The translations under genes were made by a program, and so were the position numbers. From contig OZ243961.1 of the NCBI GenBank assembly GCA_965214605.1, positions 1,184,001 through 1,248,000 of the forward strand: a stretch of DNA of 64,000 nucleotides, written 5' to 3'. This document shows positions 20,701 to 32,240 of this stretch, piece by piece. Source of the DNA: an uncultured Candidatus Binatia bacterium (lineage in GTDB: Bacteria > Desulfobacterota > Binatia > Bin18). Within the stretch, counting starts at the first letter, position 1. Each line of letters starts with the position of its first letter. The notes below the pieces were generated by a model. The model was given only the letters and a program-made list of their open reading frames with translations. It was not told where the DNA came from and ran no database searches.

Positions 20701-22795
20701 ATGGGCTCTCCGCGTCGGTAGGTGGTGGCCTAGGTACGCTCGGCCTAATAGGCCGCCATTCCGGCACTAGGCGATGCTCAATCCGCAAGGTTTCCTCGCC
20801 ATCGCTGGCCGTCTCAACCGGCAGCGTCCAGCGTAGCGACTTCACCAAACATACCCCGTCCTCCTGTCCCTCCTTACAGTAGACCAACCCGATCGCAACA
20901 CGCAGCTCGGTCTCACCGTCAGAGAACTCCAGCGGAATCTCGATCGGAAACTGGCCGTCCTGTTCCGCAGTTCGTATCCCGCTGGTCAACGTTGCGCCAT
21001 CCAGTTCGACCTGGTACTCCAGCGGCGAACCTGGATTGAGCTTAAAGGGAGGAGGAATCTCCACATTGACCGTCAGGCTTGTAGGACCAGCTTGGATCGT
21101 CCGGAGGGGGAAGCTCAGCTCTTCGAGATTCGGCCAGACATAGTCCGGGCGTCTGTCCGGTCCCTCGCTCAAGCCGGTAATCTGGAGCGTGGTAACGCGG
21201 CTAGTCTCAAGATCGGCCACCCGAATGGCATGATTGTTGGTATCGGCAATATACAGCTTCCCACCCGCAATACTCAGCCCGCTCGGTTCGTAGAATTGCG
21301 CATCTTGGCCCGTGTCGGCATCCCGAAACCCAGCCTTGCCGGTACCCAGAAAGGTCACCGAGGTTCGGAGGCCGGGGCTGATCCGCTTGATCTTGTGGTT
21401 ATACGTATCGGCCACGTACACGATGTTATTGTGGTAGGCTACGCCCAGCGGATGCTGGAGCCGAACATTGTCACCCTGGCCATCTGTGTCGCCAAATTCA
21501 AACAAATCAACCCCCACGATCGTTGAGACGTTGCCACGCGGATTCAGGCTGACCGAACGAATAGCGCTGACCTCGGCATCGGCCACAAACAAACTGCTGC
21601 CATCCGAGGCCAACCCGCTGGGCTGAGCGAGGGCGGCCTGCATAAGCGGCCCGTCAATCCGGGCTTCTTTGCTGGAGCCGGCGTAGGGTCCGATTTCTTC
21701 GTACTGAACATTCATGGCCCAAATCTGATGCGGCCCGGCCATGGCAATATACACGATGCCGTTCTCGACCAATACATCCCACGGCGAGCTGAGTGGCACC
21801 TCCCGAGCTTTGCCTCGTCGGAAGCCTCTGAACGAGGGTTGGCCGGTGCCAGCGACCGTGGTCACAGTTCGGGCCTTCAGGTTGAGTCTGCGGATGAGAT
21901 GGTTTTCCGTATCGGCCACATACAGGCTGTCTCCCGCTAGAGCCATGCCCTGGGGATGATCGAAGGTAGCCGCCTCAAAGCTGCCGTCGGCTGCCCCGAC
22001 CGTCCCAGAACCGGCTACATCCAGAATCCGCCCGGTTCTAGTGGTGAGCAGAATGCGATTGTGGCTGGAGTCGGCAATGAACAGCCGGTCCCGCTCAGGG
22101 TCGGCTACGACCTTCCCTGGAAACGACAGGACTGGGGCGTCAAAGGTGGCTTTCTCAAGGGCGAGGGTGAGCGGCTGTTCGTTCAGCGTGCCCCGTTCTC
22201 GATGTTCCTCAGCCAGCCGGGCGATGACCCGTTTGAGCATCTCATAGTGTCCCTCGCCGGAGATACCGCCCACCACATAGCCCTCGGGGTCAATCATCAC
22301 CAGCGTCGGCCAAGCCCGCGGACCGTAACGCTGCCAGATCTGAAACTCACGATCGTTGACTACCGGGTGCTCAATCTCGTAGCGTAGAATAGCCTGACGG
22401 ATGTTTTCCGACTCGCCCTCGTTGGAAAATTTGGCCGAGTGCACGCCAATCACAACAAGTTCGTTCGGAAAGTCTGCCTCGAGCCGTTGAAGTTCGGGAA
22501 TGACATGCATGCAGTTAATGCAGCAGTAGGTCCAGAAGTCGAGCAAAACGATTTTTCCTCGCAGGTCGGCCAGACTGAGTGGCGCGTCGGTGTTCAGCCA
22601 CTCAATCCCCCCTTCCAGCTCCGGAGCCCGGACGCGTTCCTGGCCTACCATAGGCCCTCCTTCCTGTCCAACCAAGACGTACCATAGGCCACTTTGCCAC
22701 AAAAAAACGAGACCGGCGATCAGACTCACCCAGGCCGGGGTGAGCTGTATCAGCACCCGTCGCCACTCGCTGCGTCCTGAACCGTGGTTTGCCAT
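20690..22795 (-). CDS. Thioredoxin-like + NHL-repeat protein (NHLRC2/SOQ1-like)
   Basis: LDFWTYCCINC, GVHSAKF, repeated ADTxNHxIR/K units; alternative start at 22651 has a strong GGAAGGAGG RBS. Confidence 0.88.
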   Translation of the reverse strand: MANHGSGRSEWRRVLIQLTPAWVSLIAGLVFLWQSGLWYVLVGQEGGPMVGQERVRAPELEGGIEWLNTDAPLSLADLRGKIVLLDFWTYCCINCMHVIPELQRLEADFPNELVVIGVHSAKFSNEGESENIRQAILRYEIEHPVVNDREFQIWQRYGPRAWPTLVMIDPEGYVVGGISGEGHYEMLKRVIARLAEEHRERGTLNEQPLTLALEKATFDAPVLSFPGKVVADPERDRLFIADSSHNRILLTTRTGRILDVAGSGTVGAADGSFEAATFDHPQGMALAGDSLYVADTENHLIRRLNLKARTVTTVAGTGQPSFRGFRRGKAREVPLSSPWDVLVENGIVYIAMAGPHQIWAMNVQYEEIGPYAGSSKEARIDGPLMQAALAQPSGLASDGSSLFVADAEVSAIRSVSLNPRGNVSTIVGVDLFEFGDTDGQGDNVRLQHPLGVAYHNNIVYVADTYNHKIKRISPGLRTSVTFLGTGKAGFRDADTGQDAQFYEPSGLSIAGGKLYIADTNNHAIRVADLETSRVTTLQITGLSEGPDRRPDYVWPNLEELSFPLRTIQAGPTSLTVNVEIPPPFKLNPGSPLEYQVELDGATLTSGIRTAEQDGQFPIEIPLEFSDGETELRVAIGLVYCKEGQEDGVCLVKSLRWTLPVETASDGEETLRIEHRLVPEWRPIRPSVPRPPPTDAESPYET

Positions 22796-22802
22796 ACCGC
22801 TC

Positions 22803-24980
22803 TCAGTCCACACGCTGTCGAAACCGTGCGTATTCCACCAGCGCGCTAAGGGCGGCAACGGCTCGATGGGCACTGGGATAGCACACCCGTCCTGTCTCAC
22901 GGACAGCCAATGGGCCGGCGTTGCCGTACTCCCGGTCAGTATAGACCAGTTCGGTGGTGGTCAGCACCGGCGTGGCGTGGCGCTGCGAGGCCGCGGCCGC
23001 GGCCTGGGCATAGCGTCGTTCTTGGCGTTGGTGAAAATTGGCCATTCGGTCCAAGCCGTGGCCGGGATAGAATTGGCCGGTCTGAAATAGATTTGCCGTG
23101 GCGCCCTGAATCCCCAAGCCCAGCTGCACAACCGCATCAATCTCGTGATGGCCGCACAGGAGATCCAGAATCTCGGGAACAGTATCACGGGTTTCTCCGC
23201 CAGCTAAATCGATCGGGTTATTCCGACTCCAGCGGTCCGGTACCATGCTACTGATCTTGGCCTCAATCTCCTCCGGCAAGGCGATAAGCTCCAACCCAGC
23301 TCGGACGCAGGCATCGGCCGTCAACACCCCCCAGCCTCCGACTGTGGTAAAAACGACTACTCGCTCGCCGGCCGGCAGCGGCTGGGTGGCCAGGCTGGCT
23401 GCCCATTCAAAGGCATGCTCGACGCTCGGTGCGCGCAAAATGCCGAGTTGACGGCACACGCCTTGGAACACTCGGTCGTCGGTGGCGAGCGAGCCGCTAT
23501 GGGACAGCGCCGCCCGCTGACCAGCCGCCGCTACACCTCCTTTGAGCACGACCAAGGGTTTGGTGGGGGTAAGTTTTTGAACGGCTTGAATAAAGCGACG
23601 ACCGTCAGGAATGCCTTCCAAATAGGCCAAGACTACGTCCGTCTCAGGGTCGGCTGCAAAATACTCGAGGTAATCGGCAATATTCGTCTGAGCCGAATTT
23701 CCAACCGAAATCGCTTTACTCACCCCCACCCCGGTCTGGACCGAGTAGTTGAGGAATGACGACAGCAGATTCCCGCTCTGACTGACAACCGCAATACGCC
23801 CCGCCGGGGGATAGGGAGCGACAATCTGGGCGCACATTGACACCGAGGTTGAGATCACCCCCTGTCCGTTGGGTCCGGCCAGTACCATCCCCAGATCATT
23901 GGCGGTTTCCACCAGCTCATTCTCTAGGCGGCGTCCCTGTGGACCAGCATCGCGGTAGCCACCGCTGGCCACAAAAGCAGCCCGGACGCCGATTTTTGCG
24001 CAGGCGCGCAGCAGGCCAACATTGGCACCGACCGGTGTACACACAAACACCAGATCGGCTCTACCGGGTGGAATCTCGGCAATATCCCGATAGGTTGGTG
24101 CGCCCAAAATCTCCGCTCCGTCCCGATTAATGGGGAAAATATCACCCGTATAGCCGAAGCGACGCAGATTGTGCAGCGAGACAAAGCCGAATTTGCCGGG
24201 ATGGATCGAAGCCCCGGTCACCACAATCCCACGCGGATAAAACAGGGGGCGAAAACGTTCGAGGACTTCCTCGGGCGAGCGGACGGGCGGGGCGGGCGGG
24301 GCAGGGCTCGGCTCACCAAGCTCGACCAGCGCATCGACCGCGACTGGTTTGCCTCCCACCACAATGAGAGGATTCACGTCAACGCTGTGAATATCCGGAC
24401 GCTCAACCGCCAGTCGCCCTAGGCCAACCAAGGTGACGGCCAGAGTCTCTATATCGAGCGTTGGCTCGCCTCGGAAGGCTTGCAGCAAGGGCTGTGTCTG
24501 GAGCGCCTCAACCATGCGGCGCGCCTCGGCCGGCTCCAGCGGTGCCACGGCAAAGGCCACATCTCCGACCGCCTCGGCTAAAATACCGCCCAGGCCGATC
24601 AAAACACACGCTCCAAACTGCGGATCACGTATCATTCCGGCAATGAGTTCCCGCCGGCCGTGAGCCATCTCAGCTATCAGCAGACCCACGTCGCCGTCTT
24701 CGGACCGACGCCGCTGCCACAGCTGGGTTGCCGCTCGTCGGACCGCCTCTGCATCGGACAGCCCTAGGCGGACCAAGTCTCGCTCGGTTTTGTGAGCAAT
24801 CTGATCGCCGCACAGCTTGACCACAACCGGAAAGCCGATACGCTTGGCCGCTTCGACTGCGGCCTGAGGACTATCAACCAGCATCTCGTGAGGAACGGAC
24901 ACGCCATAGCCGGCTAAGAGCTGTTTAGAGCTATACTCAGAAAGCGTACGCCCGGTACGCTCGGGATGCGGTGTGCTCAT
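22803..24980 (-). CDS. ADP-forming acyl-CoA synthetase (ATP-grasp first, then CoA-binding domains)
   Basis: IGFPVVVK..AHKTE, DVNPL, GPNGQG, SQSG, SHSGSLA (phospho-His), NPIDL. Confidence 0.9.
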   Translation of the reverse strand: MSTPHPERTGRTLSEYSSKQLLAGYGVSVPHEMLVDSPQAAVEAAKRIGFPVVVKLCGDQIAHKTERDLVRLGLSDAEAVRRAATQLWQRRRSEDGDVGLLIAEMAHGRRELIAGMIRDPQFGACVLIGLGGILAEAVGDVAFAVAPLEPAEARRMVEALQTQPLLQAFRGEPTLDIETLAVTLVGLGRLAVERPDIHSVDVNPLIVVGGKPVAVDALVELGEPSPAPPAPPVRSPEEVLERFRPLFYPRGIVVTGASIHPGKFGFVSLHNLRRFGYTGDIFPINRDGAEILGAPTYRDIAEIPPGRADLVFVCTPVGANVGLLRACAKIGVRAAFVASGGYRDAGPQGRRLENELVETANDLGMVLAGPNGQGVISTSVSMCAQIVAPYPPAGRIAVVSQSGNLLSSFLNYSVQTGVGVSKAISVGNSAQTNIADYLEYFAADPETDVVLAYLEGIPDGRRFIQAVQKLTPTKPLVVLKGGVAAAGQRAALSHSGSLATDDRVFQGVCRQLGILRAPSVEHAFEWAASLATQPLPAGERVVVFTTVGGWGVLTADACVRAGLELIALPEEIEAKISSMVPDRWSRNNPIDLAGGETRDTVPEILDLLCGHHEIDAVVQLGLGIQGATANLFQTGQFYPGHGLDRMANFHQRQERRYAQAAAAASQRHATPVLTTTELVYTDREYGNAGPLAVRETGRVCYPSAHRAVAALSALVEYARFRQRVD

Positions 24981-25221
24981 ACCCTAGTCTTTCTCCTCAG
25001 CGATTGAGGTCTAGAGGGTATAAGATTCGGCTCAAGCTGCCAAGGGAAACCGATCAATAAAGATCGTACAGGGACGGGGGAGGACTTGGTCCGCCCTATC
25101 CCGCCCACCCTGAAAGCCAGGACTGCCCGACACGAAGAAATCGGCGCTGGGTTCGTTCAGGGGTTGCGCTTCGCTTGATCAGGCATTAGGTTTGACGAAT
25201 CTTTTGTGTGAGGGAGGAAGA

Positions 25222-26124
25222 GTGAACGCCTCCGTAAAGCTCATTGAGCAGGTTGTTCCTTCGACTGTGAGTGTCCACGTCACAGTTCCCCAGCATCATC
25301 ACTCCGCCCCGCTTCTCGGCCCGGAACGTATGGGATCGGGGACCATTGTCGATCCAGCAGGCTACATCCTCACAGTCAACTACATCATCATTGGGGCGAG
25401 TACGGTAAAAGTCAGCCTACTCGACAATAGTCAGGTGGATGCCGAGGTGGTCGCTCAAGACTTTGCCAGCGGTATCGGCGTGATCAAGATTCCGAGCAGC
25501 GGCTTTCCGGCCGCACCCCTCCGTTCTTCGCAGGAGTTAAAGCCTGGTGACGACGTGTTCATCGCAGCCGCCTCTGATCAAGAAAACGGGCGGCGGGTCA
25601 GCGGTGGAGGTCTGACCTCGGTCTCGCCGTTTGACGCCTACTGGGAATATTCGCTCGACCGAGCGCTGATCAGCACGGCCATGAATCCCGGCCTGGGCGG
25701 CGGCCCGATGTTCGATATACGTGGCAGGATGATCGGGGTTGTATCGCTGAATCTCAACGAAGTCGGGAAGTTCTCCCTGGCCATTCCGGTCGAAAACTTT
25801 CAGGACCATCGGGATGAGCTCATCCGCTACGGTCGACGCGTCTCCCGCCCGTCCCGTGCCTGGATCGGCATGTATTCGTATACCCTGCGTAACCATCTCG
25901 TGGTGGCTGGGATTTTGCCAGGCGGACCGGGCGAGACGGCCGGTCTGAAGGCGGGCGATGTGGTGCTAGCTATAGACGAGCAAGAAATCTCGAATCGCCC
26001 GGCCTTTTATCGACAGCTGTGGAGCCGACCGGCGGGTGAGACCATTCTGTTCCGCATTTTTCGCAATAACGCGGTGCAGACCATTCCGGTCGTATCGGGG
26101 AATGTGGAAGAGTTTTTTGACTGA
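25222..26124 (+). CDS. Trypsin-fold (S1C-like) + PDZ protein, catalytic residues substituted
   Basis: GSGTIVD..GYILTVNY, NPGLGGGPMFD, C-terminal PDZ (AGLKAGDVV); GTG 25222 after GGAGG. Confidence 0.85.
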   Translation: MNASVKLIEQVVPSTVSVHVTVPQHHHSAPLLGPERMGSGTIVDPAGYILTVNYIIIGASTVKVSLLDNSQVDAEVVAQDFASGIGVIKIPSSGFPAAPLRSSQELKPGDDVFIAAASDQENGRRVSGGGLTSVSPFDAYWEYSLDRALISTAMNPGLGGGPMFDIRGRMIGVVSLNLNEVGKFSLAIPVENFQDHRDELIRYGRRVSRPSRAWIGMYSYTLRNHLVVAGILPGGPGETAGLKAGDVVLAIDEQEISNRPAFYRQLWSRPAGETILFRIFRNNAVQTIPVVSGNVEEFFD

Positions 26125-26145
26125 ATCTGGAAGGAGCGATAAGGG

Positions 26146-26802
26146 GTGAAAATTGCTATTTTAGGCGGGACCGGGGAACAGGGACCGGGGCTGGCGCTCC
26201 GCTGGGCACGGGCCGGTGAGGAGGTCATTATCGGGTCGCGTCAAAAGGAGAAGGGGGAACGGGTCGCGGCCGAACTCAACCAAGAGCTAGGCCGACCGCT
26301 TCTGGTCGGCATGGACAATCCGAGTGCGGCGGCCGCCGCCGATATTGTTGTTATGACCGTTCCGTACTCTGCCCACGTTCCAACCCTAGAAAGCGTCAAA
26401 GACCAGCTCGAGGGCAAAATCTTTGTCGACGTGTCTGTTCCGCTCGACCCGGATAACGCCCGGCGGGTCATTATGCCACCAGCCGGTTCGGCCTCTCAGG
26501 AGGCGCAGGAAATCCTGGGCGAACAGGTAAGTGTGGTGTGCGCCCTGCAGAACATCTCGGCCCATCTACTGCGTGATGTCACCGCCGAGATCGACTGTGA
26601 TGTGTTGGTGTGCGGGACGCCCAAAGAAGCCCGGACGCGCGTGATTGAGCTGATCAACAAGCTCAATATTCACGCTATCGATGTTGGTCCCCTTGAAGCA
26701 GCGAGTCTGATTGAGCCTATCACCGCTTTGCTGATTCGCCTCAATATTCGTAACAAAGTCCACTCAACAGGTATTCGGATTACTGGTCTCCCCAGCGCCT
26801 AA
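26146..26802 (+). CDS. npdG: NADPH-dependent F420 reductase
   Basis: MKIAILGGTGEQGPGLALRWA, IIGSR, TVPY, IRITGL. Confidence 0.92.
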   Translation: MKIAILGGTGEQGPGLALRWARAGEEVIIGSRQKEKGERVAAELNQELGRPLLVGMDNPSAAAAADIVVMTVPYSAHVPTLESVKDQLEGKIFVDVSVPLDPDNARRVIMPPAGSASQEAQEILGEQVSVVCALQNISAHLLRDVTAEIDCDVLVCGTPKEARTRVIELINKLNIHAIDVGPLEAASLIEPITALLIRLNIRNKVHSTGIRITGLPSA

Positions 26803-26825
26803 ACGCCAGGGCCCAGATACACAAC

Positions 26826-26856
26826 GGCCCTGCCCGAGGATCTGCCGGACAGGGCC
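26826..26856. terminator. Hairpin between convergent npdG and groEL
   Basis: GGCCCTG...CAGGGCC stem with inner CCG/CGG pairing; no clear U-tract. Confidence 0.4.
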
Positions 26857-26894
26857 ATGATTCACTGTGTGATGGTGATATGCCAGGAGATGGA

Positions 26895-28580
<1,686 letters not shown>

Positions 28581-28868
28581 CTATTCAACCACGCCGAGAA
28601 GATCGTCTTCCCGCATGATCAGGTGTTCTTCGCCTTCGATTTTGATTTCGGTTCCCGCATATTTGCCGAAGAGGACCTTGTCTCCAGGTTTCACGTCCAA
28701 CGGCTGCACCCTGCCATCTTCCCCGACTTTTCCTTTCCCGACGGCGACGACTTTCCCCTCCTGGGGTTTCTCTTTGGCCGTGTCAGGGATAATGATACCG
28801 CCCGCAGTCTTCTCCTCCTCTTCCATCCGTTTTACGATGATCCGATCCTGTAAGGGTCGAATTTTCAT
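28581..28868 (-). CDS. groS: Co-chaperonin GroES
   Basis: [29 protein letters not shown]. Confidence 0.99.
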   Translation of the reverse strand: MKIRPLQDRIIVKRMEEEEKTAGGIIIPDTAKEKPQEGKVVAVGKGKVGEDGRVQPLDVKPGDKVLFGKYAGTEIKIEGEEHLIMREDDLLGVVE

Positions 28869-28948
28869 GCCTCCTCTCCTTTCTTCTCTGAGGATAATTA
28901 TTGTCGTAAGTGTAAACGAGGCCCGAGCCCCGGGTTAGAATCTCCGGC

Positions 28949-28976
28949 AACTTAATCACTCTGTCGCGCTTGTCAA
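28949..28976 (-). promoter_or_regulatory. Putative sigma70 promoter of groESL
   Basis: TTGACA-16 nt-TAAGTT on the minus strand, about 80 nt upstream of groES. Confidence 0.5.
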
Positions 28977-28986
28977 GCAAAAAACG

Positions 28987-29256
28987 TCAGAATTTGCGCT
29001 TGCGTCGCTCTTCCTCAAAGTAGCGTCGGTACAATACGCGCCATTCGGCACTATCCGGTACAACCCGCCGCGACAGTGAGGCGATCTTACGCCGCACGAA
29101 TGCGTCGATTTTATCGTCAATCTGAAAATATTCCGCCAGCACACGCTTACTCTCCGCCAGGGCGGTCCGCTCGTTGGTCAGCCTCCCCTGGCTGGCCAAG
29201 CTCTGGAGTGTCAGCCGGGCTAGCGCGGCAATACGGTTGTCGGATAAACGGCTCAT
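28987..29256 (-). CDS. DUF507 family protein
   Basis: RLSDNRIAALA...VRRKIASLSRRVVPDSAEWRVLYRRYFEEE. Confidence 0.82.
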   Translation of the reverse strand: MSRLSDNRIAALARLTLQSLASQGRLTNERTALAESKRVLAEYFQIDDKIDAFVRRKIASLSRRVVPDSAEWRVLYRRYFEEERRKRKF

Positions 29257-29528
29257 AAGACAAAGTCACGCTCTTCGGCCAGGCGTTGGGTGATCATCTG
29301 GACAACCTTGTGGCGGTCCACCACCTGACCAGCCGGCATATGCGCCTCAGCTAGTCGTTCGGCTTCACGCCGCAACTCCTCTTCCTGGCGGAAATTGTCG
29401 AGTAAGGTCTGCACCACCTTCTCAACACCATGGCGCTGCTCGGTCTGGAGCTGAACCAAGCCCTTGTCGATCAGCCTCTTCACCAAGGCTTCGGCCACCG
29501 TCCGGCACTCAGCTTCAGAACAGCGCAT
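29253..29528 (-). CDS. DUF507-like protein
   Basis: EEELRREAERL..KVVQMITQRLAEERDFVL; ATGA overlap with the next DUF507 gene. Confidence 0.75.
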   Translation of the reverse strand: MRCSEAECRTVAEALVKRLIDKGLVQLQTEQRHGVEKVVQTLLDNFRQEEELRREAERLAEAHMPAGQVVDRHKVVQMITQRLAEERDFVL

Positions 29529-29609
29529 AGCCCATTCCATATCTGGCAACACAGCGCTTTGGCAACCCCGCCTTGACAATAAAACTGCAGTTTGCGATGG
29601 GATGATTCA

Positions 29610-30764
29610 ATGGAAGCGTGGCCGAAAAAGCTCTGCAAATCTCAGCCTACCTTTCCGGCCGATGCTTGGGAGCACGTCCTGGCCAGCCTCGAAGAAGGAA
29701 TTGTTGTCATTGGTCAGGATCAGCGGATCGCCTTTCTCAATCCTACCGCGGCAACCCTCATCGGCCAGTCGCTGGCCCAGGTCGGCCATCAGTCGTACAG
29801 CCAAGTCTTTGCCGCCAACGCCTGGATCGTCGATATTATTGAGCGGACGCTGAATTCAGCCTACAGCCCAACCGCCGGCGAAGGGATTATTACCAGTCGC
29901 CTGCAGCGTTTGACACCGGCCCGGGCGACCTGTTCGCCGATCTTTAACGACAAGACGCAGCTGCTGGGTCTGAGCCTCGTCCTGCACGATTTGAGCTACC
30001 AAAAAGAGCTTGCCGAAGAAGCTCAGCGTGCCGATCACCTGACCCAACTAGGGGTGGTCGCCGCCGGACTAGCGCATGAGATCAAAAACCCCTTGGCCGG
30101 TATCCGGGGAGCGGCTCAGTTACTGCACAGTCAGTTCGGCGGCTCATCAGCGGCCCAGACCGCTGATGAGTATACCATAGCCATGATTCGAGAAATCGAC
30201 CGCTTGAACGCGCTGTTGGAGCAGCTGCTGCAGTTAGCGGCCCCACTGCGCTTTGACCTGCAACCGATCAATGTTCATAAGGTCCTGGCCGAGGTGCTGC
30301 TGCTTGAGCGCGCAGCTGTTTCACCTGAGATTCAGATCCAGACCCACTTTGACCCGAGTCTCCCGGACGTGTTGGGAGATGAAGCATTGCTAGCCCAGGT
30401 GTTTCGTAATCTCATTAAGAATAGCCTACAGGCCCTCAACGACTGCCGTCACGGCAGCCTAACCCTCTCAACCCGGATGGCGACCGACTTCCATCTGTTG
30501 CGTAGCAAACACAGCGACCGGGCCCGGCAGGGTCGCTTCCTGTCAATCGACTTCACCGATAACGGGCCGGGTATTGCCGCTGAGCATCTGTCCCAACTTT
30601 TTACCCCCTTCTTCACCACCAAAAGCCAAGGCACAGGCTTAGGACTGCCCGTCAGCCAACGGATTATCGCCCAGCACGGCGGCATCATCCGGGTCGAAAG
30701 CGAGTTCGGCCGGGGCGCACACTTCCAGATCTATTTACCCATCAGTCCCCACTCGCAGTCGTGA
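29610..30764 (+). CDS. PAS-domain histidine kinase, NtrB-like
   Basis: AHEIKNPLAGIRGAAQLL, FDPSLP, NLIKNS, DNGPGI, PFFTTK, GTGLGL. Confidence 0.92.
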   Translation: MEAWPKKLCKSQPTFPADAWEHVLASLEEGIVVIGQDQRIAFLNPTAATLIGQSLAQVGHQSYSQVFAANAWIVDIIERTLNSAYSPTAGEGIITSRLQRLTPARATCSPIFNDKTQLLGLSLVLHDLSYQKELAEEAQRADHLTQLGVVAAGLAHEIKNPLAGIRGAAQLLHSQFGGSSAAQTADEYTIAMIREIDRLNALLEQLLQLAAPLRFDLQPINVHKVLAEVLLLERAAVSPEIQIQTHFDPSLPDVLGDEALLAQVFRNLIKNSLQALNDCRHGSLTLSTRMATDFHLLRSKHSDRARQGRFLSIDFTDNGPGIAAEHLSQLFTPFFTTKSQGTGLGLPVSQRIIAQHGGIIRVESEFGRGAHFQIYLPISPHSQS

Positions 30765-30770
30765 GCAACT

Positions 30771-32240
30771 ATGCAACAGCACACCCCTTTTAACAGCACT
30801 CCGGGCACCATTCTTATTGCTGACGACGAAGAGCTCATCCGACGCGTGTTAGCCGACACTCTGCGCGATGCGGGTCACACGGTCGAAACGGTAGACAACG
30901 GGGCGCGGGCCTCGCAGGCGCTGGCCTCCAAGGCTTTTGACCTAGCTCTGCTTGACATCCGTATGCCGGAACGCAGCGGTCTTGACATTCTTCTGCAGAC
31001 TCAACAAGAACCCCAGGCAGACCAGCAGCGACCAACACCGATCATTATCATGACCGGCCAGACTACCCTCGGTAACGCCATTGAGGCGATGAAGCGCGGC
31101 GCGTTTGATTACTTGACCAAACCTTTTAACATCGAAGAAGTCAAAGCCCTCGTCACGCGCGCCCTAGAGATCAGTCGTCTGACTGATAGCCAGCCGTCGG
31201 CGCCTTTTGCTACGGTTGAAGGTCGCAATGACTATATTATTGGCCAGAGCCCGGCCATGCAGCAGATGTATAAGACGATCGGCCGGATTGTACAGAGCGA
31301 TGCAACCGTTCTGTTGCAGGGAGAGAGTGGGACGGGCAAAGAACTCGTCGCACGGGTCATTCATCACCACTCGCCCCGCTGGCGAGCTTCGTTTATCGGT
31401 ATTAACTGTTCGGCCATTCCGTTCGACCTGCTGGAAAGCGAATTCTTTGGCCATGAGCGCGGAGCGTTCACCGGTGCGATTGAACGACGGATCGGCAAAT
31501 TTGAACAGGCTAGTGAGGGCACCCTGTTTCTGGATGAAGTGGCCGATATGCCGATGGCTCTGCAGGCCAAACTGTTGCGGGTCCTGCAAGAGCGGGAGAT
31601 CACTCGAGTTGGCGGACGCGACGTGATTCACGTCAACACTCGGATCATCGCCGCTACCAATCAGGATCTGGCCTTAGCGGTTAAAGCGCAGCGCTTTCGA
31701 GAAGACCTCTTTTTTCGCCTCCAGGTAGTGCCGATCACCCTGCCCGCCCTACGTCAGCGGCGGGAGGATATTCCTGCCTTGACCGCGTACTTTTTAGAGA
31801 AAATCAACCGCAACATGGGGACCGACGTCAGCGGCGTGACACCGGAGGCCGAGGCCATGTTGGTCCGCCACTCGTGGCCGGGTAATGTCCGTGAACTGGA
31901 AAATACGCTGCTGCGAGCCGCCGTCCTGGCCCCTGGGCGGTTGTTGACCCGGACCGACTTGTCGCTGCCAGTTGCCTCTCCTATCCTCCCGGAAAACTTT
32001 GCCGACCTCTCGCTCGCAGACCTTGTCCGGCGTAAGCTGAGCGCCTATTTTCAACACCACGCCTCGCTCGACACCTGTGATTTGTATGAGGTCATTCTTG
32101 CCCAGGTCGAAAAGCCCCTGATTGAGCTGACTCTGGAGCATACCTCTGGCAATCAGCTCAAGGCGGCCGAGCTGCTGGGCATTAATCGCAACACGCTGCG
32201 CAAAAAGATGGCCAGCCTGAAGATCAATCTCAAGAAATAA
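30771..32240 (+). CDS. Sigma54-dependent response regulator, NtrC-like
   Basis: Receiver domain (DIRMP), GESGTGKE, GAFTGA, WPGNVRELEN, Fis HTH LGINRNTLRKK. Confidence 0.95.
   Translation: MQQHTPFNSTPGTILIADDEELIRRVLADTLRDAGHTVETVDNGARASQALASKAFDLALLDIRMPERSGLDILLQTQQEPQADQQRPTPIIIMTGQTTLGNAIEAMKRGAFDYLTKPFNIEEVKALVTRALEISRLTDSQPSAPFATVEGRNDYIIGQSPAMQQMYKTIGRIVQSDATVLLQGESGTGKELVARVIHHHSPRWRASFIGINCSAIPFDLLESEFFGHERGAFTGAIERRIGKFEQASEGTLFLDEVADMPMALQAKLLRVLQEREITRVGGRDVIHVNTRIIAATNQDLALAVKAQRFREDLFFRLQVVPITLPALRQRREDIPALTAYFLEKINRNMGTDVSGVTPEAEAMLVRHSWPGNVRELENTLLRAAVLAPGRLLTRTDLSLPVASPILPENFADLSLADLVRRKLSAYFQHHASLDTCDLYEVILAQVEKPLIELTLEHTSGNQLKAAELLGINRNTLRKKMASLKINLKK

Noticed and set aside
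25105-25165. Imperfect long hairpin (CCCTGAA...TTCAGGG) in a divergent promoter region
   Set aside because: No second copy noticed and no match to SRP or 6S motifs; plausible by chance at this GC content
28940-28980. Possible CIRCE operator (TTAATCACTC) upstream of groES
   Set aside because: Only a degenerate half-site; no GAGTGCTAA partner at 9-nt spacing
29530-29600. Sigma54 promoter upstream of the ntrB-like gene (TGGCAA sites)
   Set aside because: No TTGC at the required -12 spacing
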